Below the pieces are notes generated by a model. It was given only the letters and a program-made list of their open reading frames with translations. It was not told the DNA's origin and did no database searches. The translations under genes and the position numbers were made by a program. DNA of 64,000 nucleotides. Source: an uncultured cyanobacterium (GTDB lineage Bacteria; Cyanobacteriota; Cyanobacteriia; Cyanobacteriales; CAWCAG01). Shown here piece by piece: positions 1 to 7,721 of this stretch (its first letter is position 1; the number at the start of each line of letters is the position of its first letter). Location: positions 640,001-704,000 of the forward strand of contig CAWDOD010000011.1 of the NCBI GenBank assembly GCA_963803805.1. Direction: 5' to 3'.

Positions 1-976
1 ACTCATCTACTCCTTATCAGGTCATCAGGATGCAGTCTACAGTGCAGAGTTTAGCCCAGATGGGGAGCGCATTGTTACTGCTTCAGGAGACGGCACAGCA
101 AAGATATGGAACAAACAAGGACAACTTCTCCACACTTTAGAAGGTCATCAGGATGCAGTCTACAGTGCAGAGTTTAGCCTAGATGGTGAGCGCATTGTTA
201 CTGCTTCAAGAGACGGCACAGCAAAGGTATGGAACAAACAAGGACAACTTCTTCACACTTTAGAAGGGCATCAGGGTGAATTTATCAGTGCAGAGTTTAG
301 CCCAGATGGGGAGCGTATTGTTACTGCTTCAGGAAATGGCACAGCGAAGGTATGGGATAAACAGGGTCAACTCCTCTACACTTTAGAAAGGTATCAAGGT
401 GAACTCATCAGTGTGGAATTTAGTCCAGATGGTGAGCGCATTGTTACTGCTTCAAGAGACGGCACAGCAAAGGTATGGAACAAACAAGGACAACTTCTCC
501 ACACTTTAGAAGGTCATCAGGATGCAGTATACAGTGCGGAGTTTAGTCCAGATGGGGAACATATTGTTACTGCTTCATTTGATGGCACAGCGAAGATATG
601 GGACAAACAAGGGCAACTCCTCCACATTTTAGAAGGGCATCAGAATATAGTCATCAGTGTGGAATTTAGTCCAGATGGGGAGCGCATTGTTACTGCTTCA
701 GGTGACGACACAGCGAAGGTGTGGGACAAACAGGGTAGAGAAATAGCTAATTTCGATAAGCATAAGGATGCAGTATACAGTGCGAAGTTTAGTCCAGATG
801 GGGAACGTATTGTTACTGCTTCCTATGATGGTACAGCGAAGGTATGGCCTGTAGACAATTTGGATGAACTTTTAGACAGGGGTTGCAACTGGTTGAAAGC
901 ATATCTAACCAACTACCCAGAGAGAAATGTTTGGGAAGGGGGCAAATTGTGTCCAGGAATAAGTAATGAAGTATAG
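1..976 (+). CDS. WD40-repeat protein, C-terminal part (start lies upstream of the window)
   Basis: Frame is open from base 2. Seven 41-aa repeats of type GHQDAVYSAEFSPDGERIVTASxDGTAKVW, then a C-terminal LDELLDRGCNWL motif typical of cyanobacterial WD40/STAND proteins. Confidence 0.92.
   Translation, partial: LIYSLSGHQDAVYSAEFSPDGERIVTASGDGTAKIWNKQGQLLHTLEGHQDAVYSAEFSLDGERIVTASRDGTAKVWNKQGQLLHTLEGHQGEFISAEFSPDGERIVTASGNGTAKVWDKQGQLLYTLERYQGELISVEFSPDGERIVTASRDGTAKVWNKQGQLLHTLEGHQDAVYSAEFSPDGEHIVTASFDGTAKIWDKQGQLLHILEGHQNIVISVEFSPDGERIVTASGDDTAKVWDKQGREIANFDKHKDAVYSAKFSPDGERIVTASYDGTAKVWPVDNLDELLDRGCNWLKAYLTNYPERNVWEGGKLCPGISNEV
2..850 (+). repeat. 123-bp intragenic tandem repeats (7 WD40 units)
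   Basis: GGTCATCAGGATGCAGT-like unit starts at 20, 143, 266, 389, 512, 635 and 758. Confidence 0.9.
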
Positions 977-1085
977 ACTCTGGGGGGAACAAGATTTTCG
1001 GCGTTGCTGATCGTGGATATGATTTCGTCCCCCTGCCCACAATTCTGGGAGGAGAAAACAATTTAAAGTCCCCCAAATTGCTATC
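977..1085. repeat. Probable degenerate cyanobacterial short dispersed repeat remnant
   Basis: G/C-run segments (CTCTGGGGGGA, CCCCCTGCCCACAATTCTGGGAGG, AAGTCCCCCAAATTG) resemble Chroococcales intergenic repeats as recalled; only one copy in the window. Confidence 0.3.
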
Positions 1086-1357
1086 CATTAGGCAAAAGAG
1101 GTTAGGGTTCCCTTTAGCGTTGCCTACGGCAACAGACTTTGAGACATTTATTCCTAAATTTTAGAGGAGGTTATTTTAACCGGATTTGCTATGATTCTTT
1201 CTTAAGACTCAGGGTTCGTTAATATTTATTATGTTATCTTGGTAGGTTAGACCCCAATAAGTTTTTTGATTTTAATAACAATTTCCCTTGACAAGAAACA
1301 CAATTTAGTATTTTTGGGTCTTTCAATAATACGAGAATAACTTAGGTCAATATCCCC

Positions 1358-4300
1358 ATGAAACCAAACAGGCGACATCTTTATTGGTTGTTGTTCCTGC
1401 TTTCCTTCACTGGAAATCTTTATAGCCAAAAAGTAGTCCAAGCTCAAGTAATAATACCTGCTAATGACGGTACTGGTACGGTTGTTACCCCAGAAGGTAA
1501 TCGCTTGGATATTTCTGGCGGTACTCTTTCAGGGGATGGAGCAAATCTTTTTCATAGTTGGCAACAATTTGGCTTAGATGCAGGGCAAATTGCTAACTTT
1601 ATTTCTAACCCAGAAATTCGCAACATTTTAGGGCGAGTTGTGGGGGGAAATCCTTCGGTAATTGATGGTTTAATTCAAGTTAGTGGCGGAAACTCTAACC
1701 TATTTTTACTCAATCCTGCCGGCATTGTTTTTCTTAATAATGCTCAACTAAATGTTCCTGGAGATTTTACAGCTACCACTGCTACAGGAATTGGTTTCGG
1801 TAATAATAATTGGTTTGATGCTTTTGGTAGTAACAACTACGAGAACTTAGTTGGTGAGCCGACTCAATTTGCTTTCGATTTATCCCAACCAGGAGTAATA
1901 GTTAATGCCGGAGAATTAGCTGTAGCTACAGGAGAAAATCTCAGTTTATTAAGTGGCAGTATTTATAATACCGGAAACCTTACTGCCCCAGAAGGGAAAA
2001 TAAACTTAATGAGTGTTCCCAGAAGCAGTATAGTGAGAATTAGCCAACCAGGAAACCTATTAAGCTTAGAAGTTCAACCTCCTCAAAATAAAGGATTTAC
2101 GGCTTTAGATTTGCCTGCTTTGTTAACTGGTTCCCTAGAAAATATTGATACTGGCTTACAAATTAATCAAGGGGAAGTCCAACTAGTTTATTCTGGAGAA
2201 ACAGTTCCAACAACACCCGGTACAACTATCGTTTCTGGCAACATAGATGTTTCTTCTGTTGCTAATCAAGGGGGCAATGTGGATATTTTGGGTTCCCGTG
2301 TTGCCCTAGTGGGAGCAAACATTAATGCTGTGGGTAATCAAGGTGGCACAGTCAAGATTGGGGGAGATTATCAGGGTAGGGGCGAGATACCCAATGCTGA
2401 TTTTACTGATATTAGTAACGACTCTTTAATTAATGCTTCTGGGAGTAAAGGAGATGGGGGTAGAGTAATTGTCTGGGCAGATAAGACAACTAATTTTCGA
2501 GGTGACATTATTGCCAAAGGAGGCAGTCATGGAGGCAATGGAGGTTTTGTAGAAGTTTCCGGTAAGCAAAATCTCTGGTTCCGGGGAAAAGTAGATTTAA
2601 GTGCCTCCCAAGGCAAAGTAGGAACCCTACTGCTAGATCCTGAAGATATCCTCGTTATTAATAGTGGCGGCAATAATGGTGCTTTAGCAGATAATCAAAT
2701 TCTTTTTAGCGATCGCCCTAATGAAACCTTCACCATTTCTGCTGCCATCCTGGAGAGTTTAAGCGGTAACATTTTATTAGAAGCTACCGAAAATATCACC
2801 ATCGACTCCGCTCTCTCTTTAAACTTCGTTCCCATGGGAGATATCACCTTTACAGCAGACTCTGATCGCAATGGTAGCGGTGCTTTCACCATGGGTAGCA
2901 ACCAATCCTTAACCGCACCAGGAAGGGATCTCACCATCTCCGCTGCCACCATAACAGCAGGAAATATCAATACCTTTTCTGATTCCCGTAGCGGCGGTTC
3001 AGTTCAACTAACAGCGAACCAAGGCAGGTTAAAGGTAGGTGATATCAACACAGCTTCAAGCGCCCCCATAACTGCTAGTAACAAAGATGGCGGCAGAGTC
3101 AGCTTAGAAGCAGATTTGGGAGAAATACAAGCAGGTAATGTTGATACTTCTTCTAGCTTTGGCAGGGGTGGTGCAGTGCAACTATCTACCCCAGACTTTG
3201 CAACCCTCAAAACCATTAATACCCAAGGTAGGGAAGCAGGGGGAGATTTTACTAGTAATAGTTTCTTATTAAGAATAACGGACACTTTCACCGATAACAA
3301 CAACATAAGAGCAAGTATTTCCACTGCTGCCTCTTCAGGTACAGGAGGATTAATCGATATTAATCATCGCAGCGGCGAATACAATATCCCCTTCATCGTT
3401 GGTAAAGCGAATTTTAATGGTACAACTGGAGCAATTACTAGCGGTGACTTTACCATTTTGCCCCAACAAAACTTTCCCTCTTCCTTCGAGTCAGGTTTTG
3501 TTAACCTAACTACCCCAGAACCAGTAAGTTCTTGCCCCCCTAAATGCGAAGAGAGCGAAGAAGAGCAAAAAGTCAAACCCATTGAGCAAGTACCTGCTGT
3601 CACCATGATAGGGCAAGTAGAAACCTCTTATACAGAGGAATTTACTGATTTTCTTGGTAGCAGTCCCCCGGAAGCAGTCAGTGTAGAACAAACCATAGAT
3701 ACCCTGCGGGAAACCCAAGAATTTACAGGCAAAAAAGCAGTCATCATCTATGCAGAGTTTGTTGATGATAACTTAGAAATTGCCTTAGTAAGTCCTAACA
3801 AACAACCCGTTAGGTATAAAATAGAAGGGGCAGAAAAAGCAAAAGTCCTAGAAACAACCATCACACTTAATCGCGCCCTTGCTAATGTACGCCGCCCCCA
3901 AGTTTATCTCGCTGCTTCTCAACAACTTTATCAGTGGATTATTGCCCCAGTTGCTCAGGAGTTAGCAGAGGAGGATGTAGATCACATTAGTTTTATCATG
4001 GATGCTGGTTTACGTTCCCTGCCCCTAGCGGCTTTGCATAGCGGCAAAGGCTTCTTAATTGAAGAATACAGTGTTGGTTTGTTACCAAGTATTTCCTTAA
4101 CCAACTTCAATTACTTGAATAGCCAAGAACAGCAAGTTCTCGCCATGGGTGCAGAATATTTTACTCGACAAATCTCTTTACCTGCTGTTCCTTTAGAATT
4201 ACAATCAATTGTTGGTAACTTGTGGTCTGGCAAATCTTTTATCAATGAAGAGTTCACCCTAGAAAACCTCCAAGAAGCCCGTTCTTCCCAACCCTTTGGT

Positions 4301-4792
4301 ATCATTCACCTAGCTACCCATAGCAAGTTTCGCCCCGGCAAACCTAGTAACTCCTATATTCAACTTTGGGATACCAAGCTAGGATTAGATGACTTGCCGA
4401 AGTTAGGCTTAAATAGTCCGCCAGTAGACTTATTAGTACTTTCTGCTTGTGAAACGGCTGTAGGAAGTACTGAGGCAGAATTAGGCTTTGCTGGTTTAAC
4501 AGTACAAGCAGGGGTTAACTCTGCCCTTGGCAGTCTCTGGGCTGTCAGTGATGAAGCAACATTAGGGTTAATGGGTGGTTTTTACGAACAGCTAAAATTT
4601 TCACCAAAAGCAGAAGCACTGCGGCAAGCACAGTTAGGGATGCTTAAAGGAACCGTTAAGTTAGAAGATGGCTATGTAGTGACAGGCTCAAGAAAGCTAC
4701 CTTTACCTGCAAAGTTAAAGAAATTGGGCAATCAAGACTTTTCTCACCCCTATTATTGGAGTGCTTTTACAATGATTGGCGATCCTTGGTAA
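1358..4792 (+). CDS. Filamentous haemagglutinin N-terminal (TPS) domain + CHAT (caspase-like) domain protein
   Basis: Signal peptide; TPS motifs NLFHS, NPAGIVF, GGFVEVSGK, LLLDP; CHAT His (IIHLATHS) and Cys (LVLSACETA); C-terminal HPYYWSAF. Confidence 0.9.
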   Translation: MKPNRRHLYWLLFLLSFTGNLYSQKVVQAQVIIPANDGTGTVVTPEGNRLDISGGTLSGDGANLFHSWQQFGLDAGQIANFISNPEIRNILGRVVGGNPSVIDGLIQVSGGNSNLFLLNPAGIVFLNNAQLNVPGDFTATTATGIGFGNNNWFDAFGSNNYENLVGEPTQFAFDLSQPGVIVNAGELAVATGENLSLLSGSIYNTGNLTAPEGKINLMSVPRSSIVRISQPGNLLSLEVQPPQNKGFTALDLPALLTGSLENIDTGLQINQGEVQLVYSGETVPTTPGTTIVSGNIDVSSVANQGGNVDILGSRVALVGANINAVGNQGGTVKIGGDYQGRGEIPNADFTDISNDSLINASGSKGDGGRVIVWADKTTNFRGDIIAKGGSHGGNGGFVEVSGKQNLWFRGKVDLSASQGKVGTLLLDPEDILVINSGGNNGALADNQILFSDRPNETFTISAAILESLSGNILLEATENITIDSALSLNFVPMGDITFTADSDRNGSGAFTMGSNQSLTAPGRDLTISAATITAGNINTFSDSRSGGSVQLTANQGRLKVGDINTASSAPITASNKDGGRVSLEADLGEIQAGNVDTSSSFGRGGAVQLSTPDFATLKTINTQGREAGGDFTSNSFLLRITDTFTDNNNIRASISTAASSGTGGLIDINHRSGEYNIPFIVGKANFNGTTGAITSGDFTILPQQNFPSSFESGFVNLTTPEPVSSCPPKCEESEEEQKVKPIEQVPAVTMIGQVETSYTEEFTDFLGSSPPEAVSVEQTIDTLRETQEFTGKKAVIIYAEFVDDNLEIALVSPNKQPVRYKIEGAEKAKVLETTITLNRALANVRRPQVYLAASQQLYQWIIAPVAQELAEEDVDHISFIMDAGLRSLPLAALHSGKGFLIEEYSVGLLPSISLTNFNYLNSQEQQVLAMGAEYFTRQISLPAVPLELQSIVGNLWSGKSFINEEFTLENLQEARSSQPFGIIHLATHSKFRPGKPSNSYIQLWDTKLGLDDLPKLGLNSPPVDLLVLSACETAVGSTEAELGFAGLTVQAGVNSALGSLWAVSDEATLGLMGGFYEQLKFSPKAEALRQAQLGMLKGTVKLEDGYVVTGSRKLPLPAKLKKLGNQDFSHPYYWSAFTMIGDPW

Positions 4793-4858
4793 TTAAGTAA
4801 TAAGCTGTCATAGTTTGTAAGTTGGTTTTTGAGGGGCTTGAACCTCATTTGACCAAAG

Positions 4859-5869
4859 CTACTTTAATAATCGAGGAATCAACTCACTAACCTGTTGGGG
4901 ATGAAGAAAAGCAGGGCGAGGATGTTTTCCTATAGTTGTATCGCAGTTTAGCACAGAATCGCGCATCTTTCCTGGAATCCCATCAACACCTACTACCGCA
5001 CCAATCAAACCGCCAACAATACAGGCATTGGTATCTGTATCTCCCCCACCGGCTAAGGTTTCTGCAATGGCAGTTTCATAATTTGAACCTAATAGTAAAT
5101 GGCGAAAAGCGTGAGTGAAAGCAATCTTAATAAAGCCAATTTGAGGAAGGTAAGGAACATTAACGTTATCTGCTGCATCATCAAGCCAACTGGTTACTTC
5201 TGCCCAGCAGTGATATTGATGACTATCCTGTGCCAAATCTGCTTGAGAATCTAACCAAGTCCTAGCATGGTTAAAAGCCAACTCTCCTTTACCTGGCTGT
5301 TTAATTAATGTTGCGATCGCAATACTATAACAAGCAACAGCATAACCACAGCTATGATTGGGATGAGACAAAGAAGTATCCTGTCTAGCAAAATTGGCAA
5401 TTTCTGAAACTTCTAAATCATGTCCCCAAATACCTAAAGGAGTAATTCGCATTAAGCTACCGTTGGCTTTTGACCCCATACACATTTTAGATGCAGATTG
5501 TTGCATCACTTCGGCATAGCCTACTTGAGCAACATCCACATCCCGAAACGCCCCCAAAGAATAAGATGTGGTAAAACCCATATCAAAAGGACGAGATTCT
5601 ACCCACTGGGCATAGTTACGGGCAATTATTTCTAAATCAAACGTCTCACTTTCTCCTAAAGCCCTTGCCAAACATAAGGTTAATTCTCCATCATCGGTAA
5701 CTTGCCCTGGTGCTACTTGTAAATCTCCGCCTCCAGGCATACTCATCGCCCAAGCTACGTCTTCTGAGGTGATGTCATCCTCAAAAAATTCTAAAGTTGC
5801 TCCCGCCGCATCCCCTACTAATGCACCGAATAAACAACCAGTGGCAGCATCATATTTAGGTTGGTTCAT
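4859..5869 (-). CDS. ADP-ribosylglycohydrolase family protein
   Basis: GALVGDAAG, GQVTDDGE, ANGSLMR and GGDTDTNA motifs. Confidence 0.9.
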   Translation of the reverse strand: MNQPKYDAATGCLFGALVGDAAGATLEFFEDDITSEDVAWAMSMPGGGDLQVAPGQVTDDGELTLCLARALGESETFDLEIIARNYAQWVESRPFDMGFTTSYSLGAFRDVDVAQVGYAEVMQQSASKMCMGSKANGSLMRITPLGIWGHDLEVSEIANFARQDTSLSHPNHSCGYAVACYSIAIATLIKQPGKGELAFNHARTWLDSQADLAQDSHQYHCWAEVTSWLDDAADNVNVPYLPQIGFIKIAFTHAFRHLLLGSNYETAIAETLAGGGDTDTNACIVGGLIGAVVGVDGIPGKMRDSVLNCDTTIGKHPRPAFLHPQQVSELIPRLLK

Positions 5870-5988
5870 TTTTATAGTTAATCTTGATTCAAAAGAATAG
5901 GACTGAAATAACGTCGCTTGAGACTATTTTAACTGTGCCAAATTGTGCCAATCCAGTAACGCACCAATTCTCTTATGATCAATGTAAG

Positions 5989-6009
5989 TATAATGATAAC
6001 CATTATCAT
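5989..6009 (+). promoter_or_regulatory. Zur-type box overlapping the -10 element of the metal-binding protein gene
   Basis: TATAAT at 5989-5994 overlaps TGATAAC-C-ATTATCA (5994-6008), one mismatch from the cyanobacterial Zur consensus TGATAATnATTATCA. Confidence 0.75.
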
Positions 6010-6059
6010 GTACTCTAGTTTATCTAAAATCTAGATTTGAAGAATAGGACTGAAAATAT

Positions 6060-7070
6060 ATGACCAAAGCTGTCAGCCTCTTAGCTAGTGCTGCTGTTGC
6101 CATCACTATGGGTATGTCAGGTTGTGCTGAAAATAGCCAGCTTGAGGAAACAAATAACCAAGGTGCCATAGAAGCAGAAGGAAAGCCAAAAGTTGTAGTT
6201 TCTAGTAGCATTCTTTGCGACTTAACCGCACAGATTGCCCAAGAAACCATTGCCCAAACCTGTTTAATAAACAGAGAACAAGATCCCCATACCTATAATA
6301 CAAACACTTCTAGCCGCAAAGCCATTGAAACAGCCCAGCTAGTTCTCTATGACGGCTACAATCTAGTACCAGCAATTGAAGATTTAGTAACATCTGTAGA
6401 TAGTCCTGCTCCTAAAGTAGCTGTTTACGAAGAAGCTGTTACTAAGCCAATTATGGCGGCTCATCATCACCATGATCATGAGCAGGAAAATAGTCAGGAA
6501 AAAGAAGAACTTGAGGCAGATCCCCATGTTTGGCATGATGTCGAAAATGTTATTGCTGCTGTAGAGGTGATTGAAAAAGAACTCGCCGCAGTTAACCCCG
6601 ATCAAGCAGAATTCTACCAAAAAAATGCAGAACAGTTTCAAGAACGTTTAAAAGAGTTAGATAATTGGGTTAAAAAGCAAGTTGCTACGATTCCCCAAAC
6701 CAAACGCACTTTGGTAACAACCCACGAAGCTTTCAACTACTACACCCAAGCCTATGGCTTTACCAATAGCAAAGCTTTGCAGGGAATAAGTACAGAAGAT
6801 TCACCAGCAGCAGCAGATGTAAAACAGCTAGTCAAGATGTTGAAAGAAATAAAAGTACCAACTATTTTTTCAGAAGCAGCAGGCAATGATAAAATCATTG
6901 CCACAGTTGCCCGTGAAGCAAAAGTCAAGGTAGCTGATGAGGGTCTGCGTACAGAGACTTTAGGGAACAAAGATAGTGAAACTGGTACTTACATTGGCAT
7001 GATTGTTACTAATACTTGTATCATTGTTGAAGGTTTGGATGGTCAGTGTTCCATGTTCAATGTTCAATGA
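6060..7070 (+). CDS. Zn/Mn ABC transporter substrate-binding lipoprotein (ZnuA-like)
   Basis: Lipobox MSGC; DPHTY, His-rich loop, DPHVW and THEAF motifs; upstream Zur box. Confidence 0.9.
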   Translation: MTKAVSLLASAAVAITMGMSGCAENSQLEETNNQGAIEAEGKPKVVVSSSILCDLTAQIAQETIAQTCLINREQDPHTYNTNTSSRKAIETAQLVLYDGYNLVPAIEDLVTSVDSPAPKVAVYEEAVTKPIMAAHHHHDHEQENSQEKEELEADPHVWHDVENVIAAVEVIEKELAAVNPDQAEFYQKNAEQFQERLKELDNWVKKQVATIPQTKRTLVTTHEAFNYYTQAYGFTNSKALQGISTEDSPAAADVKQLVKMLKEIKVPTIFSEAAGNDKIIATVAREAKVKVADEGLRTETLGNKDSETGTYIGMIVTNTCIIVEGLDGQCSMFNVQ

Positions 7071-7147
7071 TGCCTAATGGCGACGGCAAGGCATATAATT
7101 AGGTTGTAGAGGCAAACCAAAGTTTAAATTGGGTCGCCTGCCAATTA

Positions 7148-7559
7148 TCAATTATTAAAGCATTGTTCAAAAAGAGCTTGAGTTTGGACAAAAGCGGTTT
7201 CTAAATTTTGGCGATCGCTTTCATCTCGTAGACCAAAATAGGGCCAGTGATCGATAAAATGACCAAAGAGGGTTTCGCAGTCTTCTCTATACTTAGCGGT
7301 ATCTAAAATATGGCAATGCCAAACCTGGTCAATTTCTCTGCTGGGGACAATTTGTTTTTCTGGGTAGCGATGATAGAGGAAAGAGGAACTTGCGATACTG
7401 TTCAATTGCTGAGGTTACTTGAGGGAGAGTCCAACTTTCACCTTCTTCACAATTCATAAGTTTAAAAGCAATTGGCCCCCAATCAATGGTTTGTAACTTT
7501 TCTAAGAAAACTCTATCTGCTTCTTGTAAGGGGTTTTGCTGTTGGGCTAGCTGAGACAT
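7148..7559 (-). pseudogene. GRDP-like (glycine-rich-domain-containing protein-like) gene split by a one-base insertion; true pseudogene or sequencing indel
   Basis: ORFs 7329-7559 and 7148-7405 join (AIEQYRKFL-FLYHRYP...VPSREIDQVWHCHILDTAKYREDC) if one A is removed at 7380-7382. Confidence 0.75.
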
Positions 7560-7721
7560 AAACTCTTCCTCGATTCTTCAAACAGCTTCCAAGGTAAATA
7601 GGGGAACTTGGGGGGAAGCAAATCTTAGGTTCAGGGGGTGAAACTTCTTTATAATCAAAGGATATGAAGCTTCGAGAAGCTACTTAACTTCACCCCTCCC
7701 CTAACTTTTCCTTTAATAGCA

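Noticed and set aside
2-850. Diversity-generating retroelement template/variable repeats
   Set aside because: The repeats are in-frame coding units, differences are not adenine-specific, and there is no reverse transcriptase in the window.
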